A stretch of DNA of 64,000 nucleotides from Leucoraja ocellata (GCA_036785375.1 JAWMAR010000508.1:1302001-1366000), one strand, 5' to 3'. Counted from the first letter of the stretch, positions 24,621 to 36,611 are shown. Numbers and translations are program-made. The notes: generated by a model not told the origin, from the sequence alone.

Positions 24621-26600
24621 TCATCGCAAAAGGATTTGAGTCTAGGAGCAGGGAGGTTCTACTGCAGTTGTACAGAGTATTGGTGAGACCACACCTGGAG
24701 TATTGCGTACAGTTTTGGTCTCCTAATCTGAGGAAAGACATTATTGCCATAGAGGGAGTACAGAGAAGGTTCACCAGACTGATTCCTGGGATGGCAGGAC
24801 TTTCATATAATAATAATAATAATTGTATTTATAAAGCACTTTAAACAACTGCAGTTGCCACATAGTGCTGTACATGAGAACTCATAACCATATAACCATA
24901 TAACAATTACAGCACGGAAACAGGCCATCTCGGCCCTACAAGTCCGTGCCGAACAACTTTGTTTCCCCTTAGTCCCACCTGCCTGCACTCATACCATAAT
25001 CCTCCATTCCCTTCTCATCCATATGCCTATCCAATTATTTTTAAATGATACAAGATACAAGATACAAGATACAAGATAAATTTAATTCTCACGTGTGCCA
25101 GATGGCACAGTGAAATGAATTCCCATACAGCCATACAATAAAAATAAACAGGACTCAACACAATATAGAATTCAACACAAAACATCCCCACACAGCAGAA
25201 CCAGTTTCCCACTGTGTGGGAAGGCACCAAAGTCAGTTCATTGATACCAATGAACCTGCCTCCACCACTTCCACTGGAAGCTCATTCCACGCCGCTACCA
25301 CTCTCTGAGTAAAGAAGTTCCCCCTCATATTACCCCTAAACTTCCGTCCCTTAATTCTGAAGTCATGTCCTCTTGTTGGAATCTTCCCTATTCTCAAAGG
25401 GAAAAACTTGTCCACATCAACTCTGTCTATCCCTCTCATCATTTTAAAGACCTCGATCAAGTCCCCCCTTAACCTTCTGCGCTCCAGAGAATAAAGACCT
25501 AACTTATTCAACCTATCTCTGTAACTTAGTTGTTGAAACCCAGGCAACATTCTAGTAAATCTCCTCTGTACTCTCTCTATTTTGTTGACATCCTTCTTAT
25601 AATTGGGTGACCAAAATTGTACACCATACTCCAGATTTGGTCTCACCAATGCCTTGTACAATTTTAACATTACATCCCAGCTTCTATACTCATGGACAAG
25701 AAGTTATTACAAACCATTAAAAACTGTAAAACAAAGGACTATAAAACAGTAAAAAAGTCATTAAAAGCACTAAAAACAGGAGCAATGTCTCAGACAGTAT
25801 CGAAAAGCCAGAGAATAAAAATGAGTTTTTGGGGTGCACAAAATTGCTGGAGAAACTCAGCGGGTGCAGCAGCATCTATGGAGCGAAGGAAATAGGCGAC
25901 GTTTCGGGCCGAAACCCTTCTTCAGACTGATGGGGGGTGGGGGGGGGGGGGGGAGAAGGAAGGAAAAGGGGAGGGGGAGGAGGAGGAGCCCGAGGGCGGG
26001 CGGATAGGAGGGTGGGAGGAGACAGCTCGAGGGTTAAGGAAGGGGAGGAGACAGCAAGGGCTAGCAAAATTGGGAGAATTCAATGTTAATGCCATCCGGA
26101 CGCAAGGTCCCCAGGCGGAATATGAGGTGCTGTTCCTCCAATTTCCGCTGTTGCTCACTCTGGCAATGGAGGAGACCCAGGACAGAGAGGTCGGATTGGG
26201 AATGGGAGGGGGAGTTGAAGTGCTGAGCCACCGGGAGGTCAGGTTGGTTATTGTGGTCTGAGCGGAGGTGTTCGGCGAAACGATCGCCCAACCTCCGCTT
26301 CGTCTCCCCGCTGTAAATCAGCTGACATCTAGAGCAGAGGATGCAGTACATGAGGTTGGAGGAGATGCAGGTGAACCTTTGTCAGAGTTTTTAGGGTGGA
26401 TTTGAAGATGGACAGTGAGGGGGCCTGTCTGATGTGCAACGGCGGGGTGTTCCAGAGTGCCGGAGCAGCAACAGAGAAGGCTCTATCCCCTCTGAGCTTC
26501 CGCTTAGACCTTGGTACCTCAAGGAGCAGCTGATCAGCTGACCTGAGGCACCAGGCAGGAGAGTATGGGTGGAGCAGCTCAGAGAGGTAAGGCGGGGCTT
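24621..26600. mobile_element. Nested TE stack: CR1-B, L2 (-), CR1-A (-, 24886-25692), short retroposon tail (25048-25245), Penelope (-, 25833-26385)
   Basis: L2 RT end LRSADQLLLEVPRSKRKLRGDRAFSVAAPALWN on the minus strand with (TTA)n tail; TSDs actcat and gagttttt; GIY-YIG ORF 26061-26351. Confidence 0.8.
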
Positions 26601-26910
26601 ACTAAATTCCTAGAGAGTATAAACCAAGTCTATCCAGTCTTTCTTCATTTCTTTCTTTCGAAAGGATGAACCTCTTTAGCCAGAATGTCGTTTAATCAGT
26701 GGAATTCATTGCCACAGAGGGTTGTGGAGGCCAAGTCAGTGGATAATCTTAAGACAGAAATAGATAAATTCTTGATTAGAACGGGTGTCAAGGGTTATGT
26801 GGAGAAGGCAGGAAAATAGGATTAGGAGGCATGATTGAATGGCGCAGTAGACTAGATGGGCTGAATGGCCTAATTCTACTCCTATAACCTGTGAATTTCT
26901 TTCCCCACAG

Positions 26911-26967
26911 GAGCTGCATCTCGGAAACCGTGATCTGTACAGCGAGCTCAAGCCCAGCTACAAATGA
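26911..26967 (+). CDS. Terminal cytoplasmic exon ELHLGNRDLYSELKPSYK* (distal part of an ITAM, DAP12-like)
   Basis: Strong acceptor tttctttccccacag|GAG; phase-0 reading gives xxEL-x7-YSEL..YK*. Confidence 0.7.
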   Translation, partial: ELHLGNRDLYSELKPSYK

Positions 26968-27047
26968 GCCTCTGCTCAACCCTTCTCTGTCCACTCTGCC
27001 CACTTTCTCTGACGTTTCTCTCTGCCCATCTCTCTCTTTCCTTACTC

Positions 27048-28087
27048 TAGCAATGTTACAAAATTTTGAGATTTAAAAAATCAAGTCTGCAATTTATCCC
27101 ATCAGATAAAGCATAACAATAAGTTTAATTTGACACCTAATTCACTTTCATATCTCAAGTAATAAAAAAAGTTATGGCCATTTTCATACTCGGAAATTAG
27201 CATCTTGTTCCCTATTGATTTTCTATGGACATAACAAAAAAGCTGTGATCGTGGACAGTCAAAAGCCCATAACCTTCTTAAAAATTAAGAGAACTGAATG
27301 AAATTTTCAGTTATCATAGATTGAACCATTCTGAAACAAATATAAAATAATCTTACTTGGATGACCTGAAATTAAAGCATATAATTAGTTAGTTACCCAA
27401 TTGTAGCTAATTTCAAACTTCAATTACTAGATCTAAACATCTATCAATTTCTTAATAAATGATTAACATTTTTAAATAGCCTAAGTGTCCAAATAATATT
27501 CACAAATAATTCACAATAAAACATGATTTTTAAATCTCATTTACATCAATTTATAGGCCAAATGGAAGGAATTTAGTGTTCAATTGCTGTAAATTAAAGT
27601 CAATTTAAATCAGCTTTCTAGTGGGTTCCTGTGAACGCGCTGGTTTAGAACGTTCACATTGCGCTGGATTTGTGCCCTCAAATGCCCAGAAAAATATTGC
27701 GGGATATAAAGAGCCCAAAATGAACTATTCGCTATAGAAAACTTTATATACAGGGTTCTTAAGAAGCCCCTTTTAATGTAAAAATAAGGTACATACCTTT
27801 AATTGTTTGCTTTATAAAACCCTGGGGCTGCGAGAGGTTGCGGGTTTAGAGAGTGATTTTTAAACTACTATAACTATTATACAAGGCCATAAAAACTAAT
27901 AATACCTTTTGCGACGGGGTCTTCCAGCGATTTTCCGTTAATGATTTACTAGGCTGAACATTTTCGATTGGAACAGCCTAGTAAAAATCGCGTTTTAAAC
28001 CCGCCCCCTCTAAACAGCGCCAGAATCGCGCACACGGGGTGGGGCAGATACTCAGCGACAATTCAGGTAGGTTTTGTAACATACCTA
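27048..28087 (+). mobile_element. Second copy of the ~1.04-kb non-autonomous DNA transposon
   Basis: Same TIRs; TSD cttactc on both sides. Confidence 0.9.
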
Positions 28088-28509
28088 CTTACTCTCTATA
28101 ATCAATCTCCCTTCCATTGACTTCGTCTTCACCTCACGCTGCCTCGGCAAGGCCAGCAGCCCAGACCATCACACACGAACCAACCTCCCTTCCATCGCCT
28201 CCATCTACACCTCACGCAGCCCCGGCAAGGCCAGCAGCAAAATCAAGGACCAGTCTCATCCCCGGCCACTCCCTCTTCTCTCCTCTCCCATCGGGCAAGA
28301 GGTACAGAAGTGTGAAAACGAACGCACACCTCCAGATTCAGGGAGTGTTTCTTCCCGGCTGTTATCAGGCAACTGAACCATCCTGCCACAACAAGATGTG
28401 TACCCCGAGGAATTTGTAGCTGGAGACGCGCTCCACCTCAGTCCCGTTTATATGGATGGGGGTATGTCTGCCCCCTCTGACCTTCCTGAAATCAGTGTGG
28501 ACGGGTGAT

Positions 28510-29480
28510 CATAGAAACATAGAAATTAGGTGCAGGAGTAGATGCCATTCGGCCCTTCGAGCCTGCACCGCCATTCAATATGATCATGGCTGATCATCCA
28601 ACTCAGTATCCCGTACCTGCCTTCTCTCCATACCCTCTGATCCCCTTAGCCACAAGGGCCACATCTAACTCCCTCTTAAATATAGCCAATGAACTGTGGC
28701 CTCGACTACCCTCTGCGGCAGAGAGTTCCAGAGATTCACCACTCTCTGTGTGAAAAAGGTTCTTCTCATCTCGGTTTTAAAGGATTTCCCCCCTTATCCT
28801 TAAGCTGTGGACCCCTTGTCCTGGACTTCCCCAACATCGGGAGCAATCTTCCTGCATCTAGCCTGTCCAACCCCTTAAGAATTTTGTAAGTTTCTATAAG
28901 ATCCCCTCGCAGTCTCCTAAATTCTAGAGAGTATAAACCAAGTCTTTCTCCATAAGACAGTCTGACATCCCAGAAATCAGTCAGGTGAACCTTCTCTGCA
29001 CTCGCTCCATGGCAACAATGTCCTTCCTCAGATTTGGAGACCAAAACTGTACGCAATACTACAGGTGTGGTCTCACCAAGACCCTGTACAACTGCAGTAG
29101 AACATCCCTGCTCCTATACTCAAATCATTTTGCTATGAATGCTAACATACCATTGGCTTTCTTCACTGCCTGCTGCACCTGCATGCCTACTTTCAATGAC
29201 TGGTGTACCATGACACCAGGTCTCGTTGCATCTCCCTTTTCCTAATCGCCCAACATTCACATAATAGTCTGCCTCTGTTTTTGCCACCATAAAGTGGATA
29301 TCCCACATTTATCCGCATTAAACTGATCTGCCACGCTTCTGCCCGCTCCGAAACTCATCAACTCTTGTTATGAAGGCCAAAACTGTACACAATACTCCAG
29401 GTGTGGTCTCACCAAGACCCTGTACAACTACAGTAGAACCTCCCTGCTCCTATACTCAAATCCTTTTGCTATGAAAAATG
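28510..29480 (-). mobile_element. CR1-B fragments
   Basis: Reverse complement of the CR1-B 3' region, many indels. Confidence 0.85.
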
Positions 29481-29815
29481 CTATACTCAAATCCTTTTGC
29501 TACGATGGCCATCTTCTGGGCTGAAGGGCTGAAGGGCCTGTTTCCACGCTGCATCTGCACTGTACTCTAAACTAAATAAAACGGACTTATTGAGTGACTC
29601 CAGCTTTTGTGTCTATCATTGGTTTTAAGCCAGCATCTGTGTCCCTCCTTCAACTAAATTCACCCTCTTGACCGTAAACCCTCGTGATAACAGACCATAT
29701 CATGAGCGATTTTAGTTCTGTCAGACGGACTTGCTCACTAATGTCGATGCTTTTGCACCGCCTCCCTCTGCCACCTCTAGGTATGATATGAATATTGATT
29801 TCTCTAACTTCAAGA

Positions 29816-30675
29816 TTCAAGATTCAAGATTCAATTTAATTGTCATTTGGACCCCTTGAGGTCCAACGAAATGCCGTTTCTGCAGCCATACATTACAAAC
29901 AAATAGACCCAAGACACAACATAATTTACATAAACATCCATCACGTCGCTGTGATGGAAGGCCAAAAAAACTTATCTCTCCACTGCACTCCCCCCCCCCC
30001 CATGTCAGAGTCAAAGTCAAAGCCCCCGGCTGGCGATGGCGATTGTCCCGCGGCCATTAAAGCCACGCCGGTGATGCAAGGTCGCACACCGGGTCTTGGT
30101 GTTGGAGCCCCGGCGTGCGCTCGCAGAGTCCCGCGGCCATTCCAAGCCGCGCGGGGCGGTGCTGTGAGGCCCCGCTCCAGGGCTCTTCGACCCCGCAACT
30201 CGGGCTGGAGAAGTCGCCGTTGCGAGAGCCCTGAAAAGCGGTCTCCTCCAGGGACCCGCGGGCTCCCGGTGCCGCCGTCCGCCAGACCCCAGTTGCAGCC
30301 TCCGAATCTCCGGAGGTCGGCCGCAGCAGCAGCAGCGCTCCACCACCGCTCCACCCGCTCCGGACTCGGCCAGCTCCGCGACGGTGAGGTGAGTCGTCGG
30401 CACCAGAAGCCCCGGTCTTCCTGTTGGAGGCCTCTCCTCGTTGCAGCCCCAACGACAACGGAGACCCGACAAAGAAAAGGTCGGGTCTCCCGTGCAGGAG
30501 AGATTAAAAGTTACCCCCTCCCTCCCTCCCACCCCCACCCCCACCCCCCCCCCCCCCCCCACACACACCACCCCAACAAAAATAACAAACCTACATAAAA
30601 ACATAGACAAAAAACAATAAAAACGCGGACGGGCTGCAGAGGCCGCAGCTGACGAGAGTCGCGCCGCCTACCGCC
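29816..30675 (-). mobile_element. GC-rich non-coding retroposon (copy C, complete) with Rex1-like tail
   Basis: 5' ggcggcgcgactctcgtcagc; 3' aaatgacaattaaa(ttgaatc)n; TSD cttcaag. Confidence 0.75.
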
Positions 30676-30934
30676 TTCAAGTAACTTCAAGTAACCCCTG
30701 CGTTTCCCCTCTCTCCATCCCTCCCCCACCCAAGTTGCACCAGCATCTCGTTCTCACCATAGTAAATCCCTAACAACGGCCTGTTTCCTTTACCATTGTT
30801 ACTTATTTGCATCTTTCATTCATTTCTTCTATATATACATCACCGTCCATATCTCTCATTTCCCTCTACCTGACTCTCAGTCTGAAATGTCACCCCCGAC
30901 CCGAATCCTCCTCTCTAGAGATGCTGCCCATCCC

Positions 30935-31925
30935 AATGGCAGGCAGTGACTAGTGGGGTACCGCAAGGCTCAGTGCTGGGACCCCAGCTATTTACAATAT
31001 ATATTAATGATCTGGATGAGGGAATTGAAGGCAATATCTCCAAGTTTGCGGATGACACTAAGCTGGGGGGCAGTGTTAGCTGTGAGGAGGATGCTAGGAG
31101 ACTGCAAGGTGACTTGGATAGGTTGGGTGAGTGGGCAAATGTTTGGCAGATGCAGTATAATGTGGATAAATGTGAGGGTTATCCATTTTGGTGGCAAAAA
31201 CGGGAAAGCAGACTATTATCTAAATGGTGGCCGATTGGGAAAGGGGGAGATGCAGCGAGACCTGGGTGTCATGGTACACCAGTCATTGAAGGTAGGCATG
31301 CAGGTGCAGCAGGCAGTAAAGAAAGCGAATGGTATGTTAGCTTTCATTGCAAAGGATTTGAGTATAGGAGCAGGGAGTTCTACTGCAGTTGTACAGGGTC
31401 TTGGTGAGACCACACCAGAGTATTGCGTACAGTTTTGGTCTCCAAATCAGAGGAAGGACATTATTGCCATAGAGGGAGTGCAGAGACGGTTCACCAGACT
31501 GATTCCTGGGATGTCAGGACTGTCTTATGAAGAAAAGACTGGTTGACTTGGTTTATGCTCTCTAGAATTTAGAAGAATTGAGAGGGGATCTTATAGAAAC
31601 TTACAAAATTCTTAAGGGGTTGGACAGGCTAGATGCAGGAAGATTGTTCCCGATGTTGGGAAGTCCAGGACAAGGGGTCACAGATTAAGGATAAGGGGGA
31701 AATCCTTTAAAACCGAGATGAGAAGAACTTTTGAGGCCAGTTCATTGCTATATTTAAGAGGGAGTTAGATGTGGCCCTGTGGCTAAGGGGATCAGGGGGT
31801 ATGGAGAGAAGGCAGGTATGGGATACTGAGTTGGATGATCAGCCATGATCATATTGAATGGCGGTGCAGCTCGAAGGCCGAATGGCCTACTCCTGCACCT
31901 AATTTCTATGTTTCTATGGTTTCTA
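30935..31925 (+). mobile_element. CR1-B 3' fragment
   Basis: [16 protein letters not shown]; tail. Confidence 0.9.
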
Positions 31926-32000
31926 TCCGTTGAGTTACTCCAGCCCTTTGTGTCTAACCACCCCCAGATCCGCCGAGTTCCCCAGCATTTGTTTGCTCGA

Positions 32001-32031
<31 letters not shown>

Positions 32032-33145
32032 CTTTATTTATAAAGCGCTTTTAGACAACATCAGTTACCACAAAGTGCTGTACATGGGATGTCAACAAAA
32101 AGTTATTACAAACTACTAAAACCATTTAGACCACATGACTATAAAACAGTAAAAATTAAAAAGACATTAAAAGCATTAAAGGGAGTGTTATGCACCCTCA
32201 GCTTTGGGGAACTGCGATACATTTCCCATCATTCTGTGAAAGAACATTTTCATTTTAGCACTAGATTTCCTGTCACAACTTCTGTCTATTTCACTCATAT
32301 ATCAAGAGGTCGTTGGGCCTCTCGAGTTTCTGCCACTTCATAAGTTATAGTGATAATGCTAATATAGAGAGCAAACTCAATGCGAGCATATATTCGATAG
32401 GGCTGTTATACACACAAACAGGGATATTCATAGCAAAAGGATTTGAGTATAGGAGCAGGGAGGTTCTACTGCAATTGTACAGGGTCTTGGTGAGACCACA
32501 CCTGGGAGTATTGCATACAGTTTTGGTCTCCAAATCTGAGGAAGGACATTCTTGCCATAGAGGGAGTGATCAGCCATGATCATATTGAATCGCGGTGCAG
32601 GCTCGAAAGGCCGAATGGCCTACTCCTGCACCCTAATTTCTATGTTTTCTATGTTTCTATGTATATGGGTAGGACAGGTTTGGAGGGATATGGACCAAAC
32701 GTGGGTAGGGTGGGACTAGTGTAGCTGGGACATGTTTGCCAGTGTGGCAAGTTGGGCCGAAGGGCCTGTTTCCAACTGTATCACTCTATGACTATGACTT
32801 TGCATTTCCAATTTTCTACCCTCTATTCCCCAGTCTGAAGAAGGGACTCAATCTGAAATGTTGTTTGTGTAAACACTAGTCCACTCCATCCGCAGATCGG
32901 CTGAGTTCCTCCAGCACTTTGCTTTCTTGTTGAATAAAAGGACTGTTCTGCACCCTCAGCTTTGGGGAACTGTTCGAAACATTTTCCCTTCTATATAAAG
33001 GACATCGTGATTTTTTGCATTAAGTTTCCTGTTCCTACTTCTGTCCACTCCTATATGATGTCTCTGCAACTTCATTGTTTCCATGACTCTTACTCATACA
33101 CTAGGAACAACCTACGGGGGGAAATTAAGATCAGAGCTGAAAGCC

Positions 33146-33305
33146 GCGGCACGGTAGTGCAGCATTAGAGTTGCTGCCTCACAGCTCCAGAGACCGGGGT
33201 TCGATCCTGACTACGGGCGCTGTCTGTACGGAATTTACACGTTTCTCCCGTGACCTACGTGGGTTTTCTCCGAGATCTTCGGTTTCTTCCCACATTCTAA
33301 AGACA
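33146..33305 (+). mobile_element. tRNA-derived V-SINE (HE1-like), 5' part
   Basis: A box tagtgcagcatt, B box ggttcgatcc, V-domain-like gaatttacacgtttctcccgtg..gtgggttttctcc. Confidence 0.75.
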
Positions 33306-33308
33306 TTG

Positions 33309-33990
33309 AAACATAGAAACATAGAAATTACGTGCAGGGGAGTTAGCCATTCGGCCCTTCGATCCTGCACCGTTCGCCATTCAATATGATCATGGCTGAT
33401 CATCCAACTCAGTATCCCGTAACTGCCTTCTCTCCATACCCTCTGATCCCCTTAGCCACAAGGGCCACATCTAACTCCCTCTTAAATATAGCCAATTAAC
33501 TGTGGCCTCGAATACCCTCTGCGGCAGAGAGTTCCAGAGATTCACCACTCTCTGTGTGAAAAAAGTTCTTCTCATCTCGGTTTTAAAGGATTTCCCCCTT
33601 ATCCTTAAGCTGTGACCCCTTGTCCTGGACTTCCCCAACATCGGGAGCAATCTTCCTGCATCAAGCCTGTCCAACCCCTTAAGAATTTTGTAAGTTTCTA
33701 TAACATCCCCTCTCAATCTCCTAAATTCTAGAGAGTATAAACCAAGTCTATCCAGTCTTTCTTCATAAGACAGTCCTGACACCCCAGGAATCAGTCTGGT
33801 GAACCTTCTCTGCACTCCTCTATGGCAATAATGTCCTTCCTCAGATTTGGAGACCAAAACTGTACGTAATACTCCAGGTGTGGTCTCACCAAGACCCTGT
33901 ACAACTGCAGTAGAACCTCCCTGCTCCTATACTCAAATCCTTTTGCTATGAAAGCTAACATACCATTCGCTTTCTTCACTGCCTGCTGCA
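33309..33990 (-). mobile_element. CR1-B 3' fragment
   Basis: ORFs 33471-33857 and 33791-33991. Confidence 0.9.
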
Positions 33991-34359
33991 CTTCACTTTA
34001 AACCAGTATCTACAGTTCTTTCCCACACAATTCTTGAATCGGTGCAGTCTTGTTCAAATGAGCACTGTGGAACAGGAGACTGTCACACTCGCTAGATTCA
34101 ATACCTCCAATTTGACAGGGAGGGGAGTAGGGGCCGGTGGGGAGGGGGTTACAGAGACCAGGAATAGTTTCAGAGCCAGAGTAGGTTTGCAGAGATAGTG
34201 AGGGACTCATCCACATTACAGCACTCCCTCCACTAAATCAGTCATGCCCCATCAGGGATGAAAGGGGTTAACTATTTGCCGATAAAAGAATACTTCCTTA
34301 TTTTATTTCCGTTTCTTGATGTAAATTGTCCCCACTACACATTTGTGTTCTCCACACAG

Positions 34360-34425
34360 TGACGGCAGCTGAGGACAAGAGTTTGTCAGTCGATATTCCA
34401 GAGACTAGTAGCGGACAGAACCCAG
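34360..34425 (+). other. 66-nt exon paralogous to 142-207
   Basis: tccacacag|TGACGGCAGCTGAGGACAAG..AACCCAG|gtatgt; flank 34220-34359 aligns with 1-141. Confidence 0.6.
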
Positions 34426-34458
34426 GTATGTAATTCTGTCAGTCAATAACCAGTTTAT

Positions 34459-35120
34459 TAGGGTGGTAAAGAAAGCTTTTGGTGTGCTGGCCTTTATAAA
34501 TCAGAGCATTGAGTATAGAAGTTGGGATGTAATGTTAAAATTGTACAAGGCATTGGTGAGGCCAATTCTGGAGTATGGTGTACAATTTTGGTCGCCTAAT
34601 TATCGGAAGGATGTCAACAAAATAGAGCGAGTACAGGGGAGTTTTACCAGAATGTTGCCTGGGTTTCAGCAACTAAGTTACAGAGAAAGGTTGAACAAGT
34701 TAGGGCTTTATTCTTTGGAGCGCAGAAGGTTAAGGGGGGACTTGATAGAGGTCTTTAAAATGATAAGAGGGATAGACAGAGTTGACGTGGAAAAGCTTTT
34801 CCCACTGAGAGTAGGGAAGATTCAAACAAGGGGACATGACTTGAGAATTAAGGGACTGAAGTTTAGGGGTAACATGAGGGGGAACTTCTTTACTCAGAGA
34901 GTGGTGGCTGTGTGGAATGAGCTTCCAGTGAAGGTGGTGGAGGCAGGTTCGTTTTTATCATTTAAAAATAAATTGGATAGTTATATGGACGGGAAGGGAA
35001 TGGAAGGTTATGGTCTGAGCGCAGGTATATGGGACTAGGGGAGAATATGTGTTCAGCACGGACTAGAAGGGTCGAGATGGCCTGTTTCCGTGCTGTAATT
35101 GTTATATGGTTATATGTTAT
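34459..35120 (+). mobile_element. CR1-A subfamily 3' fragment
   Basis: ORF 34463-35038; tail. Confidence 0.9.
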
Positions 35121-35677
35121 AGGGTTATTGAATTGTGAATTTGTACAGAGTCTGATCACTGAAATACTTTGTGTATTAAGGTAACTGCAGATACTGGTTT
35201 ACACTGAAGATAGACGCAAAGTGCCGGAGTAACTCAGCAGGACAGGCAGCATCTCTGGAGAGTTAGTTTAGTTTTCTTGCTATTGAGGGAGTGCAGAGTA
35301 GGTTCACCAGCTCTGAAGAAGGGTCTCGCCCCGAAACATCACCCATTCCTTCTCTCCAGAGATGCAGCCTGTCCCGCTGAATTACTCCAGCATTTTGTGC
35401 CTACCTTCAATTTAAACCAGCATCTGCAATTCTAACCTACACATTTTTACTAGGTTAATTCCCGGGATGGCGGGACTGACATATGATGAAAGAATGGGTC
35501 AACTGGGCTTGCATTCACTGGAATTTAGAAGGATGAGAGGGCATCTTATACAAACATATAAAATTCTGAAGGGATTGGACAAGCTAGATGCAGGAAAATA
35601 TTCCTGATGTTGGCGGAGTCCAGAACCAGGGATCACACACAGTTTAAGAATAAGGGGTCGGCCATTTAGGACTGGGA

Positions 35678-36508
35678 TGCTGATGATTGGCCTCATCAGC
35701 AACAACGATGAGCTGGCCTACAGGGATGAGGTCCAGCACTTAGCAGCATGGTGCGCTGACAACAACCTGGCCCTTAACTCTAAGAAGACCAAGGAGCTCA
35801 TTGTAGACTTCAGGAAGTCCAGAGGCGGCACGCACACCCCCATCCACATTAACGGGACGGAGGTGGAACGTGTTTCTAGCTTCAGGTTCCTGGGAGTCAA
35901 CATCTCCGATTACCTCTCTTGGACCCACAATACCTCCACTCTGATCAAGAAGGCTCATCAGCGTCTCTTCTTCCTGAGGAGACTGAAGAAGGTCTATCTG
36001 TCTCCTCAGATTCTGGTGAACTTCTACCGCTGCACCATCGAGAGCATCCTTACCAACTGCATCACAGTATGGTATGGCAACTGCTCTGTCTCCGACCGGA
36101 AGGCATTGCAGAGGGTGGTGAAAATTACCCAAGGCATCACCGGTTCCTCGCTCCCCTCCATTGAGTCTGTCCAAAGCAAGCGTTGTCTGCGGAGGGCGCT
36201 CAGCATCGCCAAGGACTGCTCTCGCCCCAACCATGGACTGTTTACCCTCCTACCATCCGGGAGGCACTACAGGTCTCTCCGTTACCGAACCAGCAGGTCG
36301 AGGAACAGCTTCTTTCCGGCGGCTGTCACTCTACTCAACAACGTACCTCGGTGACTGCCAATCACCACCCCCCCCCCCCCCCCCCGGACACTTATTATTA
36401 TTTATTCAAATCGTTTGCTATGTCGCTCTTCCAGGGAGATGCTAAATGCATTTCGTTGTCTCTGTACTGTACACTGACAATGACAATTAAAATTGAATCT
36501 GAATCTGA
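35678..36508 (+). mobile_element. Rex1/Babar-like LINE 3' fragment nested in a CR1
   Basis: LALNSKKTKELIVDFRK..FLGVNIS..AHQRLFFLRRLKK; (GAATCT)n tail. Confidence 0.88.
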
Positions 36509-36611
36509 TGAGGAAACACTTTTTCACACAGAGTTGTGAATCTATGGAATTCTCTGCCACAGAATGCAGTGGAGGCCAATTCACTGGGTGTTTTCAAAAG
36601 AGAGTTAGATT

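Larger units (their letters stand above)
4415..26967 (+). pseudogene. Siglec/MAG/CD22-like receptor gene (V-set, two C2 domains, TM, ITAM-type terminal exon); disrupted as assembled
   Basis: Phase-1 GT-AG exons join into SP-V-C2-C2-TM. Two 1-nt deletions in the V exon, TGA at the end of the TM exon, penultimate cytoplasmic exon not found intact. Pseudogene status is uncertain because indel errors are likely in this assembly. Confidence 0.65.

Noticed and set aside
33146-33215. tRNA gene
   Set aside because: A/B boxes continue into a V-SINE body; this is a SINE head, not a cloverleaf tRNA.
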